Source of the DNA: Yuukianura sp. NJ FZ-2021
Taxonomy: Eukaryota
Assembly (NCBI GenBank): GCA_046563655.1
Contig: CM102283.1
Location: 3,968,001 to 4,032,000, forward strand
Length of the DNA: 64,000 nucleotides
Direction: 5' to 3'
The position numbers were made by a program, and so were the translations under genes. Below the pieces are notes generated by a model. That model ran no database searches. It saw nothing but the letters and a program-made list of their open reading frames with translations, and was not told the DNA's origin. Position 1 is the stretch's first letter. Every line of letters begins with the position of its first letter. Positions 47,905 to 63,100 of this stretch are shown here, piece by piece.

Positions 47905-49947
47905 CTAAGCCACTGGATCCTTGGTCATTTGTGACTTGTGGGTCGCTGAGCCCTTGAAGCTCAGCATGGCACCGCTGATTCCCACGGCAGCAGCCACCCG
48001 ACGCCCAACTTCCCCTGGAACCAATCTAAACAATTTGTACAATTTAATATTTCCACAATTTTAACATTTTGTTAAATTTTACAAGCGGAGGACGACAAGG
48101 ATGTAGATGTAGCGTGGAATGACAATCAGTTCTTGGTTTGTAAGAATTCCAGCCACAATGTCATTCACTACTGGCTCAGGAGACAGCAGAGGAATCAATC
48201 TAAAAAAAACAACTTTAGTTTCCAAATTTAAAAAAATTATGATTTTTTTGAAAATGGTTTACTTGGATCGAACTCCGTCGAACATTCCAGTGTTGATGTA
48301 GTACGGACACACCAAAGTTGCATGAATCTCCTTCTGACCAAGCTCGCCCTGCAAGCAAAACCAAAAGTTAGCACAATTCACTAAATTAGGAAAAATGCGT
48401 AAACTTTAAGCTGAGTTAACAAAGAATCGGTTAGTACAAAGTAAACTTTTGTCCCTGTTTTGATTACGTTGATTTCATTTCTGAGTGCTTCATCGAATCC
48501 CACTGCTGCAAACTTTGAGGCGCAGTAGTCCACGAGGCGACTGGTTCCACAGAGACCAGCCAGTGACGCCACGGTCACAATGTGACCATGTCCTCTTGAA
48601 AGCATGTCAGGCAGGAAGGCTTTCGTCGTCTGCAACCAAATTACACTTTCAAATGTTAAATTTATAAAATATATCAACATATTTAAATTTTTAGATTGCT
48701 ACCCAGAAGTTGGAGAGTGCGTTGACTTCAAAAGTTTTGAGAATTTGTTCATCCGGAGTTTGGAGCAGTGGCTTCCCAAACACAACGCCAGCATTGTTGA
48801 CCAGAATGTCAACTTTCCCAACGTCTTTCTTGACTTGAGCTGCGGCTGCGTAGATGGCTGCACGAGAGGAAACGTCAACTGTGTAACCATAGCACAGACC
48901 ACCGCCAGACTCAATCTGTTTCACAGTCTCCTCGTTTCCTAAAAACATTCCAAAACAAATATTTTAATTTCCGTTTTACAGAAAATTATTAAATGTTTGA
49001 GCCACTTCGGGAAACCATTTTTCTAAAAATAGAAGATCTCATGGTCAACCATCGGAAGGGATCATTTGTGTTTACAACAGAAACATCCTTCCAAATCTAT
49101 TTTTTGACCTTGGATCCTCTCATTACCTCCCAAAACTTATTTTTGGTCTCCCCAACATCTCAAAATTTTGAAATCGACCAAAATTTCGAATTTCGAAATT
49201 TCGAATTGAATTGAATTACCAATAAATAATGATAGCTTAGCGAAGGTCGTGGATTTAAGTTACGATTGAGACCGTGCGAAAAGACGAAACTTTTCTCGTA
49301 GCGTGCTACCCCTAATTACTACTTGCACTTCACCGTGTAACAGTTTCGTTTTTACATTTTAACAACACAACTAGATACAAAATCAACATAATATTTTTCC
49401 AAATCTCAACATGTTTTTTTTTTTGCAACTTGTTAGTTTGCTGACCCTGTGTGTTGATGTCCCAAGCGACGACGATGGCTCCATGTTTGAGTGCCAATTT
49501 CCTTGCCATGAGTCGTCCGATGCCTGAGCCAGCTCCGGTGATGAGGACGATTTGCCCTCTGACATCCTTGTATCTGAATCTGCGCGGAACGAGGGAAGTG
49601 ACATGTGACACGAAAGTGGTCCAGATCGCAAACAAAAGAGAAGAGAGCAGCTCCAGGATCAAGTCCAGATCAAAAACGAACTTGGATGGGCCTGTCTCCG
49701 TCGGCTGGACTTTTGGTTTTGTTGGTTGAAGTGTCGTCTCTCGTTTGATTTGAGTAGAGACCATAGTAGTTCCTGGACAGGGTGACAGTTGCGGTGTGAG
49801 GAGTTGAGTGCGGAATGCTGTCTCTTCACAACATCTCTCCATCACTTTCCTTTCTCCGATGGCATCTTCCGTCCAATCAATAATTTCCGAGTCCCCTCGC
49901 CCCACAGACTCACTTCCCAAGTCCTCACAATCCCCAAAATACCTCAT
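47905..49947 (-). CDS. SDR16C-family dehydrogenase (epidermal retinol dehydrogenase 2 / 17beta-HSD11/13-like); start could instead be the Met of MVSTQ (~49764)
   Basis: [36 protein letters not shown], catalytic [25 protein letters not shown] at 47907-47905. Confidence 0.9.
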
Positions 49948-50871
49948 CCTAAAAACCAAAACAATCCAAAATCAAAACTTTTCAACTTCAATTTTTCCTA
50001 AAATTGTAAAATGTTACTTTGTGATTACTTTGCAAAGTGGGTTGAGTTTCAGAAACCGGTTTGTTAAGGTGTAAGTTGTTGGTCCACTGAAAGACGAGGG
50101 ATGAGTGGATGGTTTTGGTGAGCAGTGACCACAGGAGGACTTAAGGGTGTTGGGAGGACAGCAACTCCTAAAACAGACACAAAGCATAAGAAAAGTCAAC
50201 GACTTGGGCAGGGTTCAACTTTAAAGTGCCAATCAGTTACCTGTGGCCACAGACATCCTAAACAGCAAAAAATTAATAATTATACGCAATGTTAAATTAC
50301 TCCAAAAACATCGCCGTGATTCAAATTACATGCGAATGATGAGCAAAGAAGTTCAATTTTGTGAAGCAATTTCCTCAGAATTTAAACAATTTGTGACACG
50401 CGGCGTTGGATGACCAATCGAATGTCACCACTACGATGGCAATAGAGTTCATGTCGTGTTTCAATTTCAAGCTGAAGAAACAAAATGAATTGGAGTTCAT
50501 GCTTAGACTTAATTCTAAGTTGCATTCTAAATTCCAATCAAACTGGCACGACCACCATCCATCCTCCACTTGGCAAAATTGGAATAGAAAAAAAGAAAAC
50601 CCGTTTCCACAAAGGAAATCGTTACGCCACAAACTCACCATTTCACGAATCACCAATTACTCAAGACCCACATTCACAAAATCAGCAGTACTAAATGGTG
50701 GAACACTTTTCAGTTCAAATGGACATGCTTCTTAGAATTAAAAGAAATGTGAAAAGAGTAAGAACGTTATAAGAGAGAAGAGATTTACTTAGCATTTGAT
50801 AAATTGTTAGAATTCAAATGAATATTTGATAGATTTTGGATAAAAGAGTCGTCTGTTGATGAGAAGAGTAT

Positions 50872-52249
<1,378 letters not shown>

Positions 52250-53254
52250 TTAAGTTCAGTTTATCCAATGACTCGATAGTTATCGTATGTGGAAACTATC
52301 TCTAACTGGGATAGCTTTTAGTTCCGATAAAAGAAGTGCTGCCTGTTAGTTGTACTTACGCAGGTACTTGTTGCAGGAATCCTAAAGTACTTGTGACTGA
52401 TGGAGCAGCTGTTGTCGTGGATTTGCGGTTACAGCTGTCGCCAAACAGACAGCATCAAACACTACGCAAAAGAAGTGACAGAAGCAGAATTTGACAGCGG
52501 TTCCACACCCACACAACTTCCAGAATGCTGGGAATATCCTTCCACCTGGAAAGAGAAAAGTCAATTAGTTCAATTAACACCTTGAACGCAAGTCAAAAGT
52601 CGTAAGTTGACTTACCGGTAATCAAAGTGCCGTTGATCCCATCTCCCCAACACGCCAACTCAACTGTCAATTCACAAACACAACACTCAATGCAGACACG
52701 TCCTCAACCACACACCCAATCACAACGCTCCTTCACATTTCAAAAACTAAATATTCAATCAATTCCCGCCATCCACTTACCTTTTCCTCTCAATCTTTTA
52801 TTAGTTTACACCAATTAATTATCTTTACATTTTGTACAAATTGAAATTCAGGGGAGGATTAATTTATTAAAAGACTAATAAAAATTTACGTCACACGCAC
52901 GTCAAATTAATCTCGTTAAGTTTGTAAAAACTTAGTTATCAAATTAATTGTAAGCTAAGGAATATGAGAAAAGGAAAGTTAGAACTTACGACTGGAGTTG
53001 AGCAATATAGTCAATGTGAGGATTTCCACTAAGGCCTCGATTGCTTCAACTGAAAACAACTAAATTAATCAACTACTGCTGGAAGCTCGTCGCTTCAAGT
53101 GAGAAGCAAGTACAAAACTACAGTAGAATAGTATGTAAGGTGGTTTGTTTGTTGTTGACAATGCGTCATTGTATGGATGGCACCTCTTCAATTAATTGGA
53201 CAGATACAAAATAAGAACAGTCAATGGCACGGTTAGGGTTACGGAAGGCACGAT

Positions 53255-55189
53255 TTAGTCAGAGACGGCGTCAAATTCACGCAGTAAGTTCCTGGAAGCA
53301 GGAGTCAGAGGATCCGCCTCTTCTTCACGATTAATTCGGTTGAATCTCCCAGTTCTGAAGCGACTACACAAAAAACAAAGTTAGCCACTTTCAAAAAGTT
53401 AGATTGAGCCTCACTTACGCACTACTCCTGGGGTTCGTCTTTGTTGCAGAAATTGGAGTGGAAGCGAAGACTGGAGTGGACGTTTTGGCAGGTCTGATAT
53501 CGTCATCTACAAAAATAGTTGAAAGGGTGAATTTAAACTGAGAAGATTTACGTTGTGACTTACCATCGGAGAAGGAGGAGTCGTTGACCTGGAGTTCGGG
53601 CGGCATGACGACGATTCTGTCTGGAGTGGACGAGCAGCGTTGCCGTTGAGGTGGATTGGGAACAGGTCCCCTTCTGCGTCTTCCGATGACAATGAGAGAG
53701 GCTAGGAAACAGATGATGGCATTCCATACCCTCTTTAACGCTCTCACTTTTGAGTCCAAATATGAAAAGAACATACTCCATTTTCGGCGTTTTACTCGCT
53801 TTATCACAGACGGCAGAGCAAGGAGAGTCGCAACTTCCGGTCGACGCTCAACATCCGATTCAAGCATCAAGCTCACCACTTCACGCAGGGAGTCAGGCAG
53901 AACTAAATACAAAACAAAAATTAACATCAACATCCGAATACTTGTCAATACTTCCAAAAAAGTGCTTACGTTCGTCACATGGAGGAGGGAGAATTCCAGT
54001 TCGTAGTTTGTGCCACAAGTCTCCGCTGTTTGGGAGATCCACGTGACAAGCAATCTCCACAATGACAATTCCGAGAGAAAAGACGTCTGCCTTGGTAGAA
54101 ACTCTGCCGTGGATGACCTCTGGAGCGAGGTACCTCGAGTCTCCTTCTGTGTACTCCGTCGGATGCAATTGCTAAGAACAAACATTTGCTCAATGTCAAC
54201 ATTAACTCATTTTCATAAGAAAAAGAAATTAACTCCTTGCTGTTCTGTGTTATTTACCGTCTCTTCCAGGCTGACAGCTATTCCGAAATCTGCCAGTTTG
54301 TACAACGTAGGAGGTTCTTTGGAGAGGAGAATGTTGTCAGTCTTGATGTCCATGTGGATGAGATGATGTTTGTGGAGATGGTACAAGGCTTGCAACATGT
54401 CAACCAACACATCCCATACCTGGAACAGATCAGTAATTAACAATTGACATTCACAATTTAATTGACATTATACTTACAATGGTTTCGTCCAGTTGATGCC
54501 CCTCCTCGATGTACTGGTTGAGTGACTTAGAACACAACTCCATTTGCAGAAACAGATGACCCTCCTCCTCCCATGCATTCTCAAAAGCTACCAAGTGATT
54601 GTGCGGCGGAATGCGGCAGATTCTTTGCACCTCCAGCAGTTGTCTCGATCTGAACAAGTGAATAAGTCAAAACGGAGTTTAATTTTGCATCACTTGTGCT
54701 TTACCTGTCAAAGTCTCCAGTGTAAGTTCTGCGTGATTTCTTGACGGCGTACTCTCTTCCAGTGGACTTGTTGATGCAGTGGTAAACATCACCAAAGGAC
54801 CCAAACCCAATGCGAGACTGAATTTGGAAAATGTCTTTGAAGATGGGTTCATTGCACTCTCCGCCTTTCAATTTCCCATTCTGCATCATTTGATGGAAGG
54901 AAGAGTCAAAGTCTGCTTTGGGGTCAGTGATCATTCTGGAATGGATGAGACGAGTGCGGGGCTGCGAAGATCCAGATCTGAGAGAGTGGTGAGGTCGGGG
55001 GGCAGGGGGCACATAGCGTAATTGCTTCCTGTCTCGGTCCTAAATTCAAACAAATCAATTAGAAAGCGGAATAGTCTTTAACAATGTTTGAGTAAAGTAG
55101 TTTACCTTCTTTGAGGACAGAATGACTGGTTCTGCAAAGAATTTGGGCATGTACACTCCACTGACGTTGAGCTCCCCATCGTCCGACAT
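53255..55189 (-). CDS. Myt1: Membrane-associated Tyr/Thr CDK1-inhibitory kinase Myt1
   Basis: IGFGSFGDV, YAVKKS, AWEEEGHLFLQMELC, HMDIKTDNI, KLADFG, EGDSRYLAPE, DLPNSGDLWHKLR; hydrophobic membrane segment after the kinase domain; C-terminal RNLL motif. Confidence 0.95.
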
Positions 55190-55725
55190 CTTTGTCACTC
55201 AACACCACAAGATTCGCAATGTCCTCAAGATGTTGAGAGTCAATTAGAGGCCCAGTTCGTCCAGTTGTTGCTTCTGATGAAAAAATTAACAAACAATCGT
55301 CCGCCGATCCTCTGTCGTAGACTGACGTGAAGTGGAAATAGAACGCGAATGAGCTTACCATTAAACGATTTGTTTCCAGTGCCGCTGTTGCGTGTTGTTG
55401 TAAACTTAATTGTCACTGTCACACTCGTCCAGGAGGGATGAATTGAATAATTAATTACACAATTAAGGATTAATCACGAAAGACAAGAGGATGGTCAACA
55501 ATAGTAAACTACTATGACTATAGCACACAACCACCTGGACCCTCTATGCTTTACACCCCATGCCACCCCTTCATCCCTCTCTTTCACATCAGCAGACGCC
55601 ACACAAATACTTACATCAATACTTTCCTACTAAAAGAAATAATCTCAAATAAATTCAAAGAAAGCGACAATTATTATAACTTTTGGGAGTGGAACTCAAA
55701 TTCAAATACATCCAACAGTTATAGT

Positions 55726-56458
55726 CAGAGGCGCACAAATGTCATTGTTAACAAATGTTGTTAAAACCGGTGAAATATGTATGTAAATATGTAGTAAAAA
55801 TCAGTGAACTATTTGCTCAAATATTTTTTATTTTACGATATATTTAGCTATATGTTAAAAATTACTCCACACATAAGTTATTTACAAAACACCTTGCTTC
55901 GTCACCATAACGAAGAAAAAAAAATTGGCCGGAAATTAAAAAAAACGTTTTCACATAAAAAATTAAAAATTTTGAAAAAAAAATGGAATATTTTTCCGAA
56001 TTGCACAAAAATCGGTTTTTAAAATCGTCTAATTAATCCGTGACTATGCCGTGGCTATGTTGTGGCTATGTTGTGACTATGTTGTGGCAATGTTGTGGCT
56101 ATGTTGTGACTGTTGTGCTTATGTTGTGGCTATGATGAGAGTATGATGAGACTATGTTGTGGCTATGTTGTGGCTATGTTGTGGCAATGTTGTGGCTATG
56201 TTGTGCCTATGTTGTGACTATATTGTGGCTATGTTGTGACTATTTTTGAATATTGCATTAAAAAAAATTATCCCAACACTACATGGACCATTGATAAACG
56301 GTTTGCGCATGACAAATAGTATAAAATTTGCAAAAATGCCACTTTTTGGCAAAATCTTAGAATATTTTGGTAAATATTTTCTATATTTTTTTTGAAAAAA
56401 ATATTTTTTTTAAATATAAAAATATGGAATATGTAGGAAAATATGTTTTGCGCCTCTG
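55726..56458. mobile_element. Non-autonomous hAT-type DNA transposon (MITE), 733 bp, carrying an internal minisatellite
   Basis: TIRs CAGAGGCGCACAA and (reverse complement) CAGAGGCGCAAAA; perfect 8-bp TSD GTTATAGT at 55718-55725 and 56459-56466; very AT-rich interior, no transposase. Confidence 0.88.
56040..56243 (+). repeat. 11-bp minisatellite (ATGTTGTGGCT and variants), ~18 units
   Basis: Tandem atgttgtggct / atgttgtgact / atgttgtggca units. Confidence 0.93.
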
Positions 56459-57187
56459 GTTATAGTACAGTTGAATTATATCAATTCTAGCACGTCCAAT
56501 AAAAACGTTTATAAAAATATTGACTGAATACTATTTTGTATTAATTCCCTGTAGTATAAAAATTTTAGCTGATCATCCTTCCGTATTAATTCACTTTAGT
56601 ATAAAAATTTTGGCTGAATATCATTTCAAAAGTTAGAGTATACAGTTGAAATTTTGGCATTTACATCGAAAAGGTATAATTTGAAATATATTTTGTTTTA
56701 TAAATACTTATGGCAAGTCTGCTAGTCATTCGTACATATCCCTCTGCCTTTGTCGTGTAAAGGAGCACTGCTATATATGAGAGGATGTTCCCTCTGTGCT
56801 ATACTGCGCGTCTGTTTCCCTCTGTACACTTCTGTCCATTTTCGTAGCACCCTCCCGCGCAAGCGTCACTCTTTTCAAATTAATACTATTTCCCGCCCTA
56901 CACTTTCTATTAGCGTCACTTCCCTTACCACCACCAAAATAAAATCAATCACCCGCATTACTTAAATTATGAAATAGGAATGATTGATTACCTAAAACAA
57001 CAATTAATCCAATGAAACAAAAACAATTTACTTTGTTGTAGTACTTTTAGGTTGTAACAGTTAAAACTTAAATAATTCCATTTAACCTACTTAATTAAAT
57101 CATGGATTTCTGGAGATGAAGTTAAAATTAAGAAATTGGATGTTCTTACCTTAGGAAATGATAATTGAATAGGGAAGAATTTAGAAG

Positions 57188-60100
57188 TTACCCACGTCCT
57201 CTGCCCCACTGATTGAGAAGTGGCCCATTCTTCGGTGCTTGGTTGCGACCTTGACCTGTTCCTACCACGACTGGCCCCACCGCTGGTGAGAGTGCCCCAC
57301 TTGGTGGCTGTTTGTTGGGGAAGTTGAGTTGTCTTTCCTTCTCCATCTCCCTCCAGAAGCAAATGAGTCTGGACAAGAGGGCAATGTCTTGTCCATTCCC
57401 GTTCCTCCGAGAAGTCCTGAGAGCCAGGACGGAAACTACTTTGCGCATGAGCTGCAAGTAGGATCTGTCCAGGTAGATCTGGACGTTGATTCCACCCATG
57501 GCCCCACTGGGACTGGGATTGGCAGCCAAGTTGATCTGGTCCCAGCAGTTGCACTTTGTCATGCTCTCACAAGAACGAGAAGTAGAACTGAAGTAAGTAT
57601 TTGGAGGACAGATGAATGACTTTGGACCAGCGGATGGTTGACAGGAGTAGTAGAATCTGGGATCACGATAGCCAAACACTCCTTCTCCTGCGCACACTCC
57701 TTCCCAAGGCAGGGCGTAGTTCCACTCGATTCCAGTTCCAGCACTTCTCTCTCTTCTGAACTCGGCTCCATTCCAAGTATACTTTTCATTCTTGTCTGTG
57801 CCCAGAAGATGATGAACGTAAGAGGCCACGCAGAATCCATGGTAGATGCTAAAGTAAAGATCATCCGGACATCGGTACAGGATCTCCTCGTACTTGTTCC
57901 CGTCGTCACTCTCGTCACTGTTCCTCTCCGGTTTGTCACTGATTTCATTGGAGTTGTCGTCTTCTCCACTCTCAAGTCCCAAAGGATTTTTAGGAATGCA
58001 GGCAAAGTAGAATCGGTAGTCTGGAGTGGGTTTGAATCCGGCAGAGGTGCATTGTGGCACTTCGAATTCAATTGCCTCCATGTCCACTTTGGTCCCAAAG
58101 ACAATTGCTGGATTGGTCACAACTTGGGGTGGGCCGACTGTCAGTTTAGAGAAGGAGGGTTTAGGAGAGGTGAGTAAATCTGGTCTGGACAGTTTGACAT
58201 TTGCGAGTCTGGCGAGATCCACTCTCATGTTGTAGCTGGTTCCAGTGAGAATGTACTCATGTTGGAATCCCGGAATGCAGGAGCCAGTACGTGGACTGAA
58301 GTAGAATCCAGAGTGACAAAGGAAGAGTTGTGTGATGAGTCCATTGGGTTGTTTGCTGGTGACGTAGTAATATCGAATGTCGTTGAGTGGATACTTTCCT
58401 TCCTTGTCTGAAACTGGAACGTGGAAAGGAACAGAACCAATCTGGACAGCAACTCCAGAGCGCAGATCCAACTTCCCTCGGATTGTCCAGTGTGTTCGGA
58501 CACCTTCCCAAGATGGAAAATACTACAAGAGAGGAACGATTTTAGTCAATTAGCAATTGGAAAAGTGTTAAATGTAAAACATATACCTGGTGACCGGAGA
58601 AGAATGATGATTTGGTGCATGCTTGGTAGATTGAGTTGTAGAAGAGGCCAGTGGGACATTGGAATAACTTGCGATCGAATGAATCCCTGGACCCTGCCAA
58701 GTGGTTGCACACAAAGTAGAATCTGTAGTCGGGATAAGCAAAGTGTCCAGGAGTGACACAGTCTGGAAGATTGAACATTGGCGATCCCTTCCCAACCACT
58801 TTGCCTGGACTCTTTTGCAGCGGATACTCTTGACGTTTTCTTCCAATTTCATAGCCAGACACACACTGACCCTTACTCGGAACAAAGTAGTAGCCATAAG
58901 GACACCGACTCAGTAAACCTAAATTCAAACAAAAAAGAAAACCACAATAAAATTAAACATGAACATAGTTATAAAAAATATGACAAAAATGATTTGTTAC
59001 CAGGAGCGGAAGAAGAGCATGAAATGTAGAATCGATCGTCCAATCCGAAGGGAAGAAGCCCTTGAGCAGAGCAATGGTTTGAAATGCCCGGGAACTGAGA
59101 GAGCGGGAAGTTGCAAGGAAGTCCCGGTTGGACAATGGATGACGCTGGTCCTGGACCCAGCCGAATGCCACTGTCGTCTCTGAGAATGGAGGACCCAGAA
59201 GAATGGACACAAGCACTGGCGTAGTGATTGAAGATGTAGTTGTGTCCACATGACTTCACTTGCGAAGTGTAGCCACCATTTCCATTTCCAGCACAGGAGA
59301 TAAACGTAGAAATATCGTCCGTAGCAAAGGCCCCTGGTCGCGAACACTTCCAGTTCGATTGATCTGTCACGCGACTCCCGAATGTCAAAATGGCACCAGA
59401 AAACGAAGAGTCTCGAGTACTAAAGAACTGGTCCATGAACGACTCACTGCTGAAATCCACAGAAGAAGACTGGACAACGGAGGATGTCTGGACACTGGAA
59501 TCGAAGGAAAACGTTTCTAGGAATGTCGTCATCGTTGTGAATACTGTCACGGTTTCAATTGTTTCTAAAAAGCTGCTCGAACTGGTTTCACTCACAGATG
59601 ATTCTGATTTGGAAGCATTAATTTCAGTGTTCTGCGATTGCGAGGAGTGGGAATTTGACATGGCTGAATTGGACTGTGACCTCTGCGAGGAAGCAGCAGC
59701 AGCTTGCGACGCCGCTGAACTTTGAGATAAAGAATTTGATCCTGTGAAACTGGCTGAATTGACTGCGTTGGAGTTGCTTAAGACTGAGCTGGACTGGGCA
59801 GCTTGAGCTTGAATTGCAGCAGTGCTAGAAAATGACCCTGACAGTGACTTCGCAACGGTGGCTTCAATCTGGGAGTTTTGCGTTGCTGATTGACTGGATT
59901 GAGACATCACTGAGCTTTGTCCTGCAGCGAGAGCTTGACTACTAACTGCTGAGGTAGCTACATGCGACGTAGCTGATGCGACCAACGAATTTCCCGCCGA
60001 TGAACGTTGATCACTCTTCAGAGCTTGGACTGTTGCACTTTGACTTTGAGCAGTCATTCCGGATTGTCCATGCATTGTACCAGAACTCACAGTTTTTCCC

Positions 60101-63100
60101 ATGGAATTCATCGCTCTTGATTGCATTTGAGCATTTTGGACTGCGGCACTACTTTGAGAAGCCATATTCTGAGCAGTCATTGCAGATTGTCCATGCATTG
60201 CTCCAGAACTCACAGTTTTTCCCATTGAATGTCCTACCATGGAATTCATCGCTGCTGATTGCATTTGAGCATTTTGGAGAGCTGCACCACTTTGAGCAGT
60301 CATTGCAGATTGTCCATGCATTGCACCAGAACTCACAGTTTTTCCCATTGAATGTCCTACCACGGAATTCATCGCTCCTGATTGCATTTGAGCATTTTGG
60401 ACAGCTGCACCACTTTGAGCAGCCATATTCTGAGCAGTCATTGCAGATTGTCCATGCATTGCTCCAGAAGTCACAGTTTGTCCCATTGCAGCTCCTGCCA
60501 TGGAATTCATCCCTCTTGATTGCATTTGAGCATTTTGGACAGCTGCACCACTTTGAGCAGCCATATTCTGAGCAGTCATTGCAGATTGTCCATGCATTGC
60601 TCCAGAACTCACAGTTTGTCCCATTGCAGCTCCTGCCATGGAATTCATCCCTCTTGATTGCATTTGAGCATTTTGGACAGCTGCACCACTTTGAGCAGCT
60701 ATATTCTGAGCAGTCATTGCAGATTGTCCATGCATTGCACCAGAACTCACAGTTTGTCCCATTGAAGCTCCCGCCATGGAATTCATTGCTCTTGATTGCA
60801 TTTGAGCATTTTGGACAGCCGCACCACTTTGAGCAGCCATATTCTGAGCAGTCATTGCAGATTGTCCATGCATTGCACCAGAACTCACAGTTTGTCCCAT
60901 CGAAGCTCCCGCCATGGAATTCATCCCTCTTGATTGCATTTGAGCATTTTGGACAGCTGCACCACTTTGAGCAGTCATTCCGGATTGTCCATGCATTGCT
61001 CCAGAACTCACAGTTTGTCCCATTGAAGCTCCAGCCATGGAATTCATTGCTCTTGATTGCAGTTGAGCATTTTGGACTGCGGCACCACTTTGAGCAGCCA
61101 TATTCTGAGCAGTCATTGCAGATTGTCCATGCATTGCACCAGAACTCACAGTTTGTCCCATTGAAGCTCCCGCCATGGAATTCATTGCTCTTGATTGCAT
61201 TTGAGCATTTTGGACAGATGCACCACTTTGAGCAGCCATATTCTGAGCAGTCATTGCAGATTGTCCATGCATTGCACCAGAACTCACAGTTTTTCCCATT
61301 GAAGCTCCCGCCATGGAATTCATTGCTCTTGATTGCATTTGAGCATTTTGGACAGATGCACCACTTTGAGCAGCCATATTCTGAGCAGTCATTGCAGATT
61401 GTCCATGCATTGCTCCAGAAGTCACAGTTTGTCCCATTGCAGCTCCTGCCATGGAATTCATCGCTCTTGATTGCATTTGAGCATTTTGGACAGCTGCACC
61501 ACTTTGAGCAGCCATATTCTGAGCAGTCATTGCAGATTGTCCATGCATTGCTCCAGAAGTCACAGTTTGTCCCATTGCAGCTCCTGCCATGGAATTCATC
61601 CCTCTTGATTGCATTTGAGCATTTTGGACAGCTGCACCACTTTGAGCAGCCATATTCTGAGCAGTCATTGCAGATTGTCCATGCATTGCTCCAGAACTCA
61701 CAGTTTGTCCCATTGCAGCTCCTGCCATGGAATTCATCCCTCTTGATTGCATTTGAGCATTTTGGACAGCTGCACCACTTTGAGCAGCTATATTCTGAGC
61801 AGTCATTGCAGATTGTCTATGCATTGCACCAGAACTCACAGTTTTTCCCATTGAAGCTCCCGCCATGGAATTCATTGCTTTTGATTGCATCTGAGCATTT
61901 TGGACTGCGGCACCACTTTGAGCAGTCATTGCAGATTGTCCATGCATTGCACCAGAACTCACAGTTTGTCCCATCGAAGCTCCCGCCATGGAATTCATTG
62001 CTTTTGATTGCATCTGAGCATTTTGGACTGCGGCACCACTTTGAGCAGTCATTGCAGATTGTCCATGCATTGCACCAGAACTCACAGTTTGTCCCATTGA
62101 AGCTCCCGCCATGGAATTCATTGCTTTTGATTGCATTTGAGCATTTTGGACTGCGGCACCACTTTGAGCAGCCATATTCTGAGCAGTCATTGCAGATTGT
62201 CCATGCATTGCTCCAGAACTCACAGTTTGTCCCATTGAAGCTCCCGCCATGGAATTCATCCCTCTTGATTGCATTTGAGCATTTTGGACAGCTGCACCAC
62301 TTTGAGCAGCCATATTCTGAGCAGTCATTGCAGATTGTCCATGCATTGCTCCAGAACTCACAGTTTTTCCCATTGAAGCTCCCGCCATGGAATTCATTGC
62401 TCTTGATTGCATTTGAGCATTTTGGACAGATGCACCACTTTGAGCAGCCATATTCTGAGCAGTCATTGCAGATTGTCCATGCATTGCACCAGAACTCACA
62501 GTTTTTCCCATTGAAGCTCCTGCCATGGAATTCATCGCTCTTGATTGCATTTGAGCATTTTGGATAGCTGCACCACTTTGAGCAGCCATATTCTGAGCAG
62601 TCATTGCAGATTGTCCATGCATTGCTCCAGAACTCACAGTTTGTCCCATTGAAGCTCCAGCCATGGAATTCATTGCTCTTGATTGCATTTTAGCATTTTG
62701 GACAGATGCACCACTTTGAGCAGCCATATTCTGAGCAGTCATTGCAGATTGTCCATGCATTGCTCCAGAACTCACAGTTTGTCCCATTGCAGCTCCTGCC
62801 ATGGAATTCATCCCTCTTGATTGCATTTGAGCATTTTGGACAGCTGCACCACTTTGAGCAGCCATATTCTGAGCAGTCATTGCAGATTGTCCATGCATTG
62901 CTCCAGAAGTCACAGTTTGTCCCATTGCAGCTCCTGCCATGGAATTCATCCCTCTTGATTGCATTTGAGCATTTTGGACTGCGGCACCACTTTGAGAAGC
63001 CATATTCTGAGCAGTCATTGCAGATTGTCCATGCATTGCTCCAGAACTCACAGTTTGTCCCATTGAAGCTCCTGCCATGGAATTCATCCCTCTTGATTGC

